This document shows, piece after piece, positions 1-13,953 of a DNA stretch of 64,000 nt (within the stretch, counting starts at the first letter, position 1; each line of letters starts with the position of its first letter). The stretch is from Octopus vulgaris (lineage: Eukaryota): assembly GCA_951406725.2 (NCBI GenBank), contig OX597838.1, positions 37,882,001-37,946,000 on the forward strand, in the 5' to 3' direction. Under the pieces are notes generated by a model, which was given only the letters and a program-made list of their open reading frames with translations, was not told where the DNA came from and did no database searches. A program made the translations under genes and the position numbers.

Positions 1-58
1 TTTTGCAAGCGATGATGAGGAGACAAACACACACGCACGCACATATACATATACATGT

Positions 59-95
59 ATGAAGGCTGGAGGGTATATCAGCCGAAACGTTGTGT
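59..95 (+). ncRNA. 5'-truncated type I hammerhead ribozyme motif (Penelope-like terminal repeat remnant)
   Basis: ..ATGA-A-GGCTG-(10 nt)-CAGCC-GAAAC-GTT: stem II and the GAAAC/GUU half are intact; the CTG of the core and the 5' strand of stem I are replaced by microsatellite. Confidence 0.5.
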
Positions 96-533
96 TAACC
101 ACAAACAAGATGAGGACGAATATCCGTCGAATGTGAATAATGTAATTAATGAAGTTAATGATGTTAATTTGGATAGTAGTTATGGTATGTTCGAATCTTC
201 CATTTATTTGTTTATTTATATATTTATTCATTTGTTTATATATTTATCTATTTATTTAAATCATTGGGTCTTAAAGTGCTCCATATGGCCAGTGGTCCAT
301 AAGGCCAGTGGGCCATAAGTATCGAATTGTCTTGCGCCTGCGTTTTCTACAAAGATTGTACGTTATTTGTTCGCCTGAGAATCTGTTGTGGAAAGATTCC
401 GGCCACCCGCAAGTGACTAAAAGCGGACTAACATACTCCTATAAAACAAAGAACTGTCAGCAATTCGAGGAAGCAGTTCACTGCGAGCCGTTGTTTGAGA
501 GCGTTGAAGTCTCGTGTAATTGTAATCGTATTC

Positions 534-1168
534 TAAGTATAAGGCCCGAAATTTTGGGGAAGGGGACCAGTCGATTAGATTGACCCCAGTACGCAACTGG
601 TACTTGATGTATCGACCCCGAAAGGATGAAAGGCAAAGTCGACCTCGGAAGAATTTGAACTCAGAGAGTAAAGACAGATGAAATACCGCTAAGCATTTCG
701 CCCGGTATGCTAACCTTTCTTATTTCTTTACTGCCCATAAGGGGTTAAACATAGAGGGGACAAACAAGGACAGACAAAGGGATTAAGTCGATTACATCGA
801 CCCCAGTGCGCAACTGGTACTTAATTTATCGACCCTGAAAGGATGAAAGGCAAAGTCGACCTCGTAGGAATTTCAACTCAGAACGTAACGGCAGACGAAA
901 TACTGCTAAGCATTTTGCACGGTGTGCTAACGTTTCTTGTTTCTTTATTTCTCACAAGGGGCTACACACAGAGGGGACAAACAAGGACAGACAAATGGAT
1001 TAAGTCGATTATATCGACCCCAGTGCGTAACTAGTACTTATTTAATCGACTCCGAAAGGATGAAAGGCAAAGTCGACCTCGGCGGAATTTGAACTCAGAA
1101 CGTAACGGCAGACGAAACATCGCTGAGCATTTCGCCCGGCGTGCTAACCTTTCAGCCAGCTCGCTGCC
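534..1168 (-). mobile_element. Tandem array of tRNA-derived SINE family B (OR-like, Meta-type core)
   Basis: Three repeats of GTTCAAATTC B-box plus GTCGACTTTGCCTTTCATCCTTTC core; TSD TGTAATWGTAATCGTATT at 515-532 and 1171-1188. Confidence 0.85.
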
Positions 1169-2089
1169 TTTGTAATAGTAATCGTATTGCGTCGTGTAAA
1201 TACTTCTTTCCCCCTCCTTCGTTAAATCATTTATCCAACACCAGGATATAAAAGAATCTCATTAGTACCCTACAATTTTTCTCAATTTTATGTTTAGCAA
1301 ACATGTGGCCTTTGGGAGTCCACGTAAAATTTTGTTATTAAAACTAATTTGCAATAAATTCTACAATTTTTTTTTACGGTCCTTAATAATATTTAATTAT
1401 AAAAATATCATAGGATTTTTTAAACATCGAAAAGCCATGAGGGCTCAGCCGAGTAAAATATGAACCAGAGGGGGTCACAGCTAAAAAAAAATGTTTGAGA
1501 AATATTGATTTTGATTTAACAGATCACCTTGAGATATTTGAGTATCTTTAAGAAACGGTGAGTTCTTTCACAGTCTAAAACCGAATTTATAACTTGCTTG
1601 TTACCAAGCGTTTGCTTAGCAAAGAAATATGAACATCGTCAGACTATTGAAATCAAATCTCCATTTTTTTTTTTCCTATCGTGGTTGCGCTGCCCATTCA
1701 CTCAAACAACACTCCGTAGCTTTTGCATCAGAAATCGATGTCGGATTAGTAATATTTTCTTTCACTATATTTCATTTCTCATTCGGTTATTTTTAATTCA
1801 CTTAATTCATTTATTTATATTTTGATTTCGGTTTTTCAAATTTATTCCTAACCAATCCATATTTGAAAAGTATATTTCGATTATTTCATCGTAAATTAGA
1901 ATTGGGCGTGTGTGTGTGTGTGTGTGTGTGTGCGTCCCCGTAACCTAGCAGTTCAGTATAACGGATCAATACACAAAGTACAAAGCTTTCGACTGAAAGC
2001 TTTGTACATTATAAGGCGGTGCCTCAGCATGGCCGCTGTCTAATGACTGAAACAAATAATAGATAAAGTATAATATAAATATATACATA

Positions 2090-2477
2090 CATTCATATGT
2101 ACATACATACCTACGTGCGTGTGTGCGTGTGTACATACATACATATCTGCATGCATACATAAACACATACATACCTACATACATACATACCTACATATCT
2201 ACATACATACACACACGCATACATACATACATACATACATACATACCTACATACATACATACAGACATACATACATACATACACACATACATACCTACAT
2301 ACCTACATAATACATACATACATACACACACACATACATACCTACATACCTACATACATACATACATATACACACACATACATACATACATACATACATA
2401 CATACATACCTACATACCTATATACATACATACATACATATACATACATACATACATACATACATACATACATACAC
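2090..2477. repeat. (CATA)n microsatellite
   Basis: Direct reading. Confidence 0.95.
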
Positions 2478-2709
2478 ACGGTGGGGGTGATGAAAAATTC
2501 CTGGCTTTAAGGGTATCGGAAAAGGCTTGGTGGAAGACCCAAACTTCCGAGTTCTTTTGCAGGGCTAAGAAAAACTGAAAGGCCACTGCAACAAGTGTAT
2601 GAATCTGAGCGGGGAATATCTTGAATAAAATCATAATTAACTGATCCTCCTCTATTTTCTTTTACCGAAAGCCAGGAACTTTTCAGCACCCCACCCCCCA
2701 CCCCTCGTA
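2478..2709 (+). mobile_element. Internally deleted mariner-type element (MITE-like)
   Basis: TIRs GGGGTGATGAAAAATTCCTGGCTTT / AAAGCCAGGAACTTTTCAGCACCCC; residual transposase C-terminus KCMNLSGEYLE*. Confidence 0.75.
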
Positions 2710-3116
2710 TATATAAACACAAATAGACAGGTGCCAATTCACGACACTCTTGCTTGACTGTAATTGTGCATCGTATGTTTCGGTGTAGCTGGAGAACCGC
2801 AATGCGCAACAAAATTTTGAGCCTTGTATACATTATGTAAGTTAAAACCTGTATGCTCCTATGTATCGAATTGTGTTTCACCTGGGTTACCAAAAGTTAG
2901 TGAAATATTTAAAATGTTTACAGTTGGACAGAGAGACAAATATAACAAAATAATTTGATGAAAAATGTGAATTTTTAATTATTTTCTAAGATTTTACAAA
3001 AACACCAAAAATATTTTTTAATTATACGTTATTCGTGCGCCTAGAAATCTGTTCTGGAAGGATTTCCGACCACTCCTAAATGATTAAAGTAGACTGAAGT
3101 TACTATAGAATAAAGA

Positions 3117-3538
3117 GGCGCAGGAGTGGCTGTGTGGTAAGTAGCATGCTTATCAACCACATGGTTCTGGGTTCAGTCCCACTGCGTGGAATCTTGGGCA
3201 AATGTCTCCTGCTATAGCCCCGGGCCGATCAAAGCCTTGTGAGTGGATTTGGTAGACGGAAACGGAAAGAAGCCCGACGTACATATGTATATATAAATGT
3301 GTGTGCGTGTATGTTTGTGTGTCTGTGTTTGTCCCCCTAGCATTGCTTGACAATCGATGCCGGTGTGTTTATGTTCCCGTCACTTAGCGGTTTGGCAAAA
3401 GAGACCGATAGAATAAGTACTGGGCTTACAAAAACAATAAGTCCCGGGGTCGATTTGCTCGACTAAAAGGCGGTGCTCCAGCATGGCCGCAGTCAAATGA
3501 CTGAAACAAGAGTAAAAGCGTAAAAGAGTAAAAGAGTA
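3117..3538 (+). mobile_element. SINE family A (OK-like tRNA SINE with internal TA/TG tract and CR1-type tail)
   Basis: GGCGCAGGAGTGGCTGTGTGGT A-box, GGTTCAGTCCC B-box, tail GGCGGTGCTCCAGCATGGCCGCAGTCAAATGACTGAAAC, (GAGTAAAA)n end. Confidence 0.9.
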
Positions 3539-4247
3539 ACTGTCAGCAATTCGAGGAAGCAGTTCACTGTGAGCCGTCGTTGATTGAGAGCGTTGAGTCT
3601 CGAGTAATTGTAATCGTTCTGCGTCGTGTAAATTCTTCTTTCGCCCTCCGACGTCAAATTATTTATCCAACACCAGGATATAAAAGAATCTCATTAGTAA
3701 CCTACTATTTTTCTCGATTTTATGTTTACCAAATAGATTCCATCGTTCATCCAAGCCTTCTATTAACGCCGAGAAAAAGCTATTGATGACATCTTGGTCG
3801 CGTTAAGTACTGCGATAGACGTTGCAGCTTTTACATTCTCTTCTTCCCCTCGTTATTCTCATTAACCACTATTCCACCTCCACACGCTGGCAACATTTAC
3901 CGTTTTATACACTTCATTTCAGACCGTCACAGATAGCAATCTTTAAAGTAAAAACGGGACAAACTGAACACATTTACCAACTCCATACACTCCCCTCACA
4001 CACAATAACACACACACTAACACACACACTAACACACACACTAACACACTAACACACACACACACACATACACACTAACACACTAACACACACACACACA
4101 CACACACTAACACACACACACACACTAACACACTAACACACACACACACTAACACACTAACACACACACGAACACACGCACACACACACACACACATACA
4201 CACACTAACACACACACACACTAACATACACACATACACACACACAC

Positions 4248-4282
<35 letters not shown>

Positions 4283-4491
4283 CACACAACACACTCTCAC
4301 ACATACATATATGGGTACAACATTACATCCGCATCCAACATATAAATTTGCATTAGTTCCGCGTGTGTATAGGTGTGTGTGAATATATACATACGCATGC
4401 AAATATATATATGTATACGAACAAACATACAAACATATATACATTCTTACATACATGTGTGCATATATATACATGGATATATGTATACACA

Positions 4492-4552
<61 letters not shown>

Positions 4553-4627
4553 TTAATGTACAAATATCCATCCATACGCACACACAAAGGAGATATGCCC
4601 ATACATGTATATATGTATTTATGTATG

Positions 4628-4739
<112 letters not shown>

Positions 4740-5339
4740 TATATACATACAGTACATACATATATACATAAATATATAGAAACATACACACCTAAAAACA
4801 TACAAATATACATACATACATAGAAAGATTCAAACAAACCCACATACATAAAAACATACATACACACTCGCATATATACAAACATACATACATACACAAG
4901 CATACATACATGCATACATACATACGTGTATACATATGCATACATACATATGCATACATACATATGCATACATACATACATATGCATACATACATAGGCA
5001 TACATACATACGTGCATACATACATACACGGATAGAGGTTTCCAAAAATTTTTAACGACATGTACTCCTCAACATTTCACCAATAGATACGATCCTACAC
5101 AATAAGCTTTTGGCAATTTTGCACTTGGCGTCGCTGCCAATTGCCTCTGGCACCAATCGACGCTATAAATTATCAGATATTTTGCAGATGTGACAAGTGT
5201 CAATGTAAAGCCGCCATATTGACTGTATGTTCGAGTTGCTGCGGTCAGGGACTTACAACAAGTGATATATATAATATAGAGTTATGATTGGCATGCGCAG
5301 TGACGGAGACTCGTTGAACCTTACACGCTAGCATTTATG

Positions 5340-6180
5340 GGTTATCATCTATGATGGTGAGGGCGGGGATATTGATGGTTGTGGTGGATATGTTGGTGGT
5401 GTTGTTGGCGGGAGTGGTGGGCACTTGATGGTGATGGTAGCGGTGATAGTCGTGATGGTCATCGTCGTTGTTGTTGTTGTTATTGTTGGGGATTGTATTG
5501 GTGGTGGTAGTGGTGTTGGTATTGGTGGTGCGTGGTGAATCTGGGTGGTGGTGGTGGTGGTGATGGCAGTGATGGCGAAAGTGATTTTTGGTTCTGTATG
5601 GAAACGGCTGTTGTGGAGGTCGTATTTGGATTGATGGTGGGTGGAAAAGCACAGGTGTTGTTGATGTTGTTGTTGTTGTTGGTGTTGGTGGTGGTAGTGG
5701 TATTGGTGGTGGTGGTGGCGGTGAAGGTAGTATTGGGGATGGAGAAGGGGTAGATACATTGTTGATAATGACGGAGGTGGATGCTGGCATTGACAATGAT
5801 AATGATGATGGTGACGGCGATGATGACAAAGACGACGTCGATGTTGAGGATGATAATGATTGTGATGCTGCTACTGCTGCTGCTGCTGCTGCTGATGATG
5901 AGGATGATGATGACTATAAGGACGATGATGACGATGATGATGATGATGATGATGATAACGATCGTCATGATAGCGATGTTGTCAATAATGAAGCTCAGTT
6001 TCTTCATCAGCATTATCACCATCACCACCACCATCATCATCGTTGTAGTTGTCGTGATCGGAATCCCCTTCCACCTCCACCTCCTCCTCCTCATCATCAT
6101 CATCATCATCACCATCCTCATCACCATTATCCTTCTACTCCTCCTCCCCTCATCATCATCAGCAGCAACAGCATCGACGT
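5340..6180. repeat. Mosaic trinucleotide low-complexity region (GGT/GTT/GAT then CAT/CCT)
   Basis: Direct reading; yields overlapping homopolymeric ORFs in several frames on both strands. Confidence 0.85.
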
Positions 6181-6439
6181 AAGGTTTTCAACGACGAAGA
6201 GAAAATAGGATTCGCAATCGTAGTTCAAGAACGTATTTTTATTCTTTTGGTCTTGTAATTGTTTCAGTCGTTTGATTGCGGCCATGCTGGAGCACCGCCT
6301 TTAGTCGAGCAACTCGACTGCCTGATTTATTCTTTGTAAGCTTAGTACTTCCATCCCTTTTTGCGGAACCGCTAATTTACGTAAACATACCAACATCGGT
6401 TGTCAAGCGATGGTGGGTGGAAAACACTGCCACACACAG

Positions 6440-6669
<230 letters not shown>

Positions 6670-6679
6670 TATATATAAT

Positions 6680-6973
6680 AATAAGGGTTTAGCAACAAGT
6701 TGCTTGACCACATACCGAAAAATTTTAGAAATAGCAGCCAAAGGACTACTATTTCCTTTTCCTACAAAAATATGTCTCCACAGACCACAGACATATATTG
6801 ACCGGAGACTTTTTGATTTCATTATTTTTCTTCTTTTTTTTGCCATATGTGAGTTACAAATCTTATTGTCTGTGGAGACATATTTTTGTAGGAAAAGGAA
6901 ATAGTAGTCCTTTGGCTGCTATTTCTAACATTTTTCGGTATGTGGTCAAACAACTTGTTGCTAAACCCTTATT
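6680..6973. repeat. Fold-back inverted repeat, 106-bp arms and 82-bp spacer, beside (TA)n; probable Penelope-like remnant
   Basis: 6680-6785 is the near-exact reverse complement of 6868-6973. Confidence 0.85.
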
Positions 6974-7106
6974 GTTATATTTATATATAAAAAGACATTT
7001 TGTATAAGTTTTTACCGAATATGGTCCTTTTCCATACCGAAATACTACTTTGTGAAATTTGCTGATTCTATTAAATTAATTATCTTTCACACTATATCTG
7101 TAATGA

Positions 7107-7164
<58 letters not shown>

Positions 7165-7579
7165 CATATATGCCTTCGAAACGTTGAGTAGTTGAAACAA
7201 GGACGACTGAAGAAGGGGAATATTCTTTATGTTGTATGTCTCTTTTCTCTGTTGTTCGAAAAAATGTTCGTCTCTATGTTTTTGTTTTTGTGTTTTCATT
7301 TCTCATTGTGCTCAACGGTTTTTTGATGTCCTGGACCCATATATGCAAGTATATATGCATATATATGTAGGTATTACATTAAATAAATATATATATATAT
7401 ATGCAGATATTTATATATTATTCATATTATATATATATATGACGGGCTTTTTCAGTTTCCGTCTACCAAATTCACTCACAAGACTTTGGTTGGCCCAAAG
7501 CTATAGTATAAGACACTTCACCAAGGTGCCACGCAGTGGGACTGAACCAGGAACCATGTGGTTGGGAAGCAAGCTTCTT

Positions 7580-8071
7580 TATTTCATTACATTTGCCATA
7601 AAGGCAGTACATAGAGTAAAGTAGCTTTGCGGGCTGGACAAGGACATTAATGAAATGAATGATAATGAAAGAAAGATGATAAGGATGGGAGAAGACGAAA
7701 AGCGTCCGCCGACTTCTGCTCCTCTAAAACATTGTTCTTTAAAACCAAACACAAAACGAGGTATTAAACCTCTTACAACTTTTACAACTTTTCAATTTTT
7801 GGACTGAGCAGTCCATTACAAGTAACAACATAGTTCAATAAGTACATATAATATATATAAATACAATACACAAAGCCCCTCCTCCCAGACCTGGCTTACG
7901 CTTCCCTTAGGCAATGCACCAGCTCTAGGTCGGGGCCCCCCAAGGCGTATCTAAACATGTCCTTTGAGAAGGTGTTCATTACCATGACCATAACGACATC
8001 CGATATGATCTTTGTAGTCACCTGCGAAGGCCAATCTTTGCCCTCTGTCCAGGGCATGGTCTCCTCCTTCC
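7580..8071 (-). mobile_element. 5'-truncated copy of HAL1/Tx1-like family inserted in SINE-A head
   Basis: 16-bp TSD GGGAAGCAASCTTCTT (7564-7579, 8072-8087); 3' UTR TGTCCAGCCCGCA..AATGAAATAAA shared with the 19171 and 53866 copies; residual frame PWTEGKDWPSQVTT..GPDLELVHCLREA. Confidence 0.8.
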
Positions 8072-8500
8072 GGGAAGCAACCTTCTTACCACTCGGCCAC
8101 GCCTGCGCCTATCCATGCCTGTCTACAGACTTACTGCAAAATAATTTTTTACTGCAGAGAACCAGGTTTCGACGGACTTGTCTTGAGGAGAACTAGAAAT
8201 ACATTCTGTTATCGCTACGCATGCAAATACACACGCGCGCGCGCACAAGAACGCAAACACGAACTCGCGCACACACACATGCATTCACGCATGCGCGCAT
8301 TTCTTTATAATGTTGATGCAACTAAATATTTAATGTTAGCAACGGAACCATATTTGCATCAATGTCCGAGTGTGTGTGTGTGTCTATGTACGTAGCTGTG
8401 TGTATAAGTATATAAACATACATAGCTATATATCGTTTTTTTTTTTGTATTTAGTTAGCAAGATTCTTTATGTGAATTCGTGTGTTGAAGCAAATTTTGT

Positions 8501-8741
8501 TGTGTCTGGGGATAGTCATTCTGTTTAAATGCCTTATTAATTAATACATTCACCGGTTCAATTTCTACTCGCTTACTTATTTATTTAATATTTTTTTCTA
8601 GAGTCTACAACTGTAGAAGAGGTTTCAAGAAGCAATGAAAATGTTTTTAAAAATTCAATAAATATGCAAATGTGTGGAAAATGAACCGGTGTGTGTGTTA
8701 ATTAATAAGGCATTTAAACAGAATGACTCTCCCCAGAAACA
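8501..8741. repeat. Diverged fold-back inverted repeat (~85-bp arms)
   Basis: TCTGGGGATAGTCATTCTGTTTAAATGCCTTATTAATTAA pairs with TTAATTAATAAGGCATTTAAACAGAATGACTCTCCCCAGA. Confidence 0.75.
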
Positions 8742-8782
8742 GTAAAATGCATGATTATATGCACACACACACACGCACACAG

Positions 8783-8832
<50 letters not shown>

Positions 8833-8846
8833 GTATATATATATAT

Positions 8847-8908
<62 letters not shown>

Positions 8909-9845
8909 ACAAGAAGAAGATTCTACAATGATATATTGATATTAAGGTATATTAAATATATTCTGGTATGTGTTGCTAGCAATTAAACGGAAATTAATAA
9001 AGAGTGCAAAACAGCAACAATGATTGCTAAAAATAAGTCAAAAAATTAAATCAGGGACCTACAAAAAGAAACTAACCTCAACTACACTTACAGGGACCGG
9101 GCACAGCTAACTAAAACGATCTTTGCCTTGTGAAATGCGCTCACGAAGGAAATAGCTGGATAATGCTTTACCACGTGATTTCGAAATTCAATCAATAAGA
9201 TTTTGTTTCTATTCAGAAACATCTAACGACTGCTCAGGGCTAAATAGATAGTTTGCTTTGTAATATACTTGTGCATAGCCGATCTCTGTCTGTTCCTCTC
9301 TCTCACTCTCACCCTTCTGCCTATGCTCTCTCGTTTCTCGTACGGGACCGTGGGCCATCTTTCTTTTACTAGCTTGAATTTCCTTCTTTCTCTCTGATCA
9401 GCCACGGGGATTAGAGGCATTCCTGTGTGGCTCCTGTCAGAGCTTATTCCTCCACGTTCACCAGCCCATCCTTTCTGTCTTCACTGTCTTGATTTTCTTA
9501 TAAACTTTGACCCTCCGCAAAATCCCAAATTTTATTTAATTTGCTTTACGGTTACAACTGTTATGTCGAAAACGTATCTTGTTGTGAAATGCTCGAAAAA
9601 GTAGAAACACAGCCAACAACTGATGAAGGGACGCTTTTTGAGTTGCTTGTCTTGTTTTCCCATTGTTTGTTTCGTTGTTTGCAAAAAGAAGTTCGTAGTC
9701 CATGTTTACGTATTTTGTATTTCACGTTGTCTTCGTATTTTAAGCTTATTTCATGTTGTTTACGTTCCGTGCTGTCCTGTGCCCATATATGCATTTATAT
9801 AAAAATATATGTATGTATGCGTGTATAATTATATATTATTTATAA

Positions 9846-9981
9846 TAGTACTTATTTTATCGGCCCCGAAAGGATGAAAGACAAAGTCAACCTCGGCAGG
9901 AATTTGAACTTACAACGTAAAGACCAGAGAAATGCCGCTAGGCATGGTTGCCAGGCATTTCAACGATTCTGCCAGTTCGCT
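9846..9981 (-). mobile_element. SINE family B fragment
   Basis: CCCCGAAAGGATGAAAGACAAAGTCAACCTCGGC core plus head. Confidence 0.75.
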
Positions 9982-9982
9982 G

Positions 9983-10073
<91 letters not shown>

Positions 10074-10097
10074 CAATGTATATATGTATGTATATAA

Positions 10098-10140
<43 letters not shown>

Positions 10141-10312
10141 GTGTGTATATGTATATATATATATATATATATTTACACACTTGTTTCCATATTAGTATAT
10201 ATGTAATTGTGAGATTTGTACACGAACTGTTAAAAATAATCATGCTATGCTTAAATTAGTAAATGTACAAGAATATTAAATTCACGACTATATTACATAC
10301 ACACACATATAT

Positions 10313-10410
<98 letters not shown>

Positions 10411-10673
10411 ATATATGTATATATATATATATGCATGTGCTTGCGTAGGTGTGTGCGAATGCGCACGCATGTGTGTGTACATATGCATACGTATGTATAG
10501 GGAAAGAAACTAATATATAATTATATACATATGAAATGCACGTATACATCATACATACGTACCAAATTCAAACCCAGAGATAATTATGTATGTATTTTTA
10601 TACATACACCTACGTTAGTGTACTTATCATTCAGATACATACACACACACACACACACACACACATTTATATA

Positions 10674-10728
<55 letters not shown>

Positions 10729-10750
10729 GTGTATATATATATATATATAT

Positions 10751-10781
<31 letters not shown>

Positions 10782-11037
10782 CATACATATACACACAAAT
10801 ATATATATTAATAGTAAATAATCTATGAATCTATCAAGTCATCAATATATCTATTCATTGAATGTATAAATGTATATACACACATATGGATATAATTATA
10901 AATATATATATATACATAAATACATATATGTATACATACATATATAAATATGTATGTGTAAATATATAAGTATATGTATATATGCCTATATACGTAGATA
11001 TGTATATGTATATATTAATATATTCTGTACGTGCGCG

Positions 11038-11085
<48 letters not shown>

Positions 11086-11780
11086 TGTATGCGCACACAT
11101 ACATCTAAGATATGTATATACCTTTATATGCTCTCTTCAACTGTAACTGAATGACAAGGCTTCTCGTGGTAGACTGCCAACAATTAGAATAAATTAGAAA
11201 TGATATCTTTTGGAACATATCTGGAAAACTCTGACAGTCTGAAGATAAGTGTATGTATATATATATATTTATATGCTTGTATGTATGTGTTCGTGTGTGT
11301 TTGTGTGTGTGTGAGTCTGTCTGTCCGTGATGGGGTAGGGGTGTGTATGGATGTGGATGCGTATATCTTATTAAATATGTTTCGTTTATTCGATTCAGGA
11401 CGTTAACATTGCACATTTACTGGCAACCATTTTCCTCCGCGCTTTCAACATGTTTCCACCCACACACACACACACACACTTACACGCACACGCAAACACA
11501 CACACACACATAATACTCTCACACATACCTCTTATATATGTATATACGTACGTGTTTGTTGTATGTGTGTGTGTTTGTGTGCGGAAATATATGTATATAG
11601 ATAGATACATACATACAAATATATGCGAATATATTTTACAGTATGTCCGAATGAATGTGTGTGTGTACCTATGTGTGTGTGAGTGAATGTGTGTGTGTAT
11701 GTGTATGTGTATGCGTGCGTGCGTGTGTGTTATGCTTTCGTGTAGGCTTATATATTTATATAAGCATATATATATACATA

Positions 11781-11948
<168 letters not shown>

Positions 11949-12179
11949 GATTCTATTTCCTTTTCTGAAAGAGTTTGGTGATGTGTATAAGAATATATTC
12001 CTGCATGCATATTTATAAATAGATATAGTCAAATTTTTATACATACGAACATAATTGCATATATGCGATTGTCAAAGTTTTTTTTGTATTAGCTTGGTAT
12101 TCACCATTATAAGTTATCTTTATAATGTTCAGAGTTTAGGATTAGTCGAGTTGACACGCTAATATGCAGCCACCCATTA

Positions 12180-12310
12180 TTCTGCCGAGGTCGACTTTGC
12201 CTTTCATCCTTTCGGGGTCGATAAACTAAGTGCCAATTACGTACTGGGGTCGATCTAATCGACTAGACAGCGCACCAAAATTTTCGTTCCTTGTGCCTAG
12301 AGTAGAAAAG
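12180..12310 (+). mobile_element. SINE family B fragment
   Basis: GCCGAGGTCGACTTTGCCTTTCATCCTTTCGGGGTCGAT core. Confidence 0.75.
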
Positions 12311-12512
12311 CATATACAACCACCCAACAGGTTGAGAGTTCGTTTCACAACGTTCATATATTTTAATGTCCATGGTTGGGAGTACCATTTGACCAATTGA
12401 CTGCGTTCACCTTGTGGTAATCAATAGGCTGGGGAGAGGGACCTTTTGGCCAATAGGCATTTGTGTTTGCAGAGTATAGAATCTAAACAAATTTGAAGAG
12501 AACATAACCAAT

Positions 12513-12674
12513 GGCGCAGGAGTAGCTGTGCGGTAAGTAACTTGCTCACCAACCACATGGTTCCGGGTTCAATCCCACTGTGTGGCACCTTGGGCAAGTG
12601 TTTTCTACTATAGCCTCGAGCCGACCAAAGCTTTGTGAGTGGATTTGGTAGACGGAAACTGAAAGAAGCTCATC

Positions 12675-12728
<54 letters not shown>

Positions 12729-12940
12729 ATGTTTGTGTGTCTGTGTTTGTCCCACCAACATCGCTTGACACCCGATGCTGGTGTGTTTACATCCCTGTCA
12801 CATAGCGGTTCGGCAAGAGAGTCCGATAGAATAACTACTAGGCTAACAAAGAATAAGTCCTGGAGTCGATATGCTCGACCAAACGCGGTGCTCCAGAATG
12901 GCCGCAGTCAAATGACTGAAACAAATAAAAGAATAAAAGA
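12513..12940 (+). mobile_element. SINE family A, full length
   Basis: Head, internal TA/TG tract and tail match 3117-3538. Confidence 0.9.
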
Positions 12941-13019
12941 ATGTATTTGAAATGTTGATGCATAGAAGAGTGTTACGAGTCCCTGCAAATAAATGGGAGT
13001 TCCAACTAGGTCACCACCA

Positions 13020-13173
13020 CAACTTCTGAACATCTCCAACCCTGATGTAATCTCCAGGGATACAGGCATCCAGCAACAGGACCTCCGTAATGCTATGATG
13101 GACCGTGAAGTCTGGCGTAACATAGTAAATTCCATTGTCTCGACCACGCTCGAACAATGATGATGATGATGAT
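13020..13173 (+). mobile_element. RTE-clade LINE 3' fragment
   Basis: Frame DVISRDTGIQQQDLRNAMMDREVWRNIV (RTE C-terminal DR..WR motif) followed by (GAT)n tail. Confidence 0.7.
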
Positions 13174-13199
13174 GTGAAACACGAAAGGTTATCTATTGG

Positions 13200-13300
13200 A
13201 AGAAGCAGAGTCTTGGAAAACATTATCATGGAAGGAAGAACAGAGGGCAGTGGATCACGAGGCAGACAAAGAACGCAGTGGATGAAACAGCAAGAGCTTG
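13200..13300 (+). mobile_element. RTE/BovB-like ORF fragment
   Basis: LENIIMEGRTEGSGSRGRQRTQW resembles the RTE C-terminal G..EG.R.RGR.R..W motif. Confidence 0.55.
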
Positions 13301-13614
13301 TTGGACAAGTGTAGTAAGTCAGGTGGAAAACTCTAGCTTAATCGGGGTAGATTTTCGAGGTGGTGCCATCAATGGGTTGTGCAGGTGGGCGATACGAGGT
13401 GACAAAGGCATCAAACTGCAACAGGTAATAGGGGATACGACCAATTCTACATGATATTCTAATGAGAGTTTGGATCATTGCTGCATTCATCTGCTTTTAA
13501 CTATTTCAAACAACAGCTAAGTATCTTTTATATTGAACACACCTGTCTGGCTGAAGAAGCTCATTTTGCATAACGTGGTCCTGAGTGCATTGCAGCAAAA
13601 AACAACAACAACTA

Positions 13615-13682
13615 TAATAATAATGATGATGATGATAATAATAATAATAATAATAATGATGATGATGATGATGATGATGATA

Positions 13683-13740
<58 letters not shown>

Positions 13741-13872
13741 TAATAATGATAATGATGATAATAATGATAATAAAGATAATGATAATAATAATAATAATAA
13801 TGATGATGATGATGATGATAATAATAGTAAATAATGATAATAATAATGATGATGATGATAGTAATAATAATG

Positions 13873-13953
<81 letters not shown>
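13615..13953. repeat. (AAT/GAT)n microsatellite
   Basis: Direct reading. Confidence 0.95.

Larger units (their letters stand above)
359..3733 (+). repeat. Old ~300-bp direct duplication (359-532+1189-1301 and 3025-3116+3538-3733), each copy split by a different SINE
   Basis: Shared blocks AACTGTCAGCAATTCGAGGAAGCAGTTCACTG and ATTTATCCAACACCAGGATATAAAAGAATCTCATTAGTA in both copies. Confidence 0.8.

Noticed and set aside
5588-6208. 206-aa Gly/Asp/His/Pro-rich ORF suggestive of a structural or biomineral protein
   Set aside because: It is built from trinucleotide microsatellites that are open in several frames on both strands, with no signal peptide or splice evidence.
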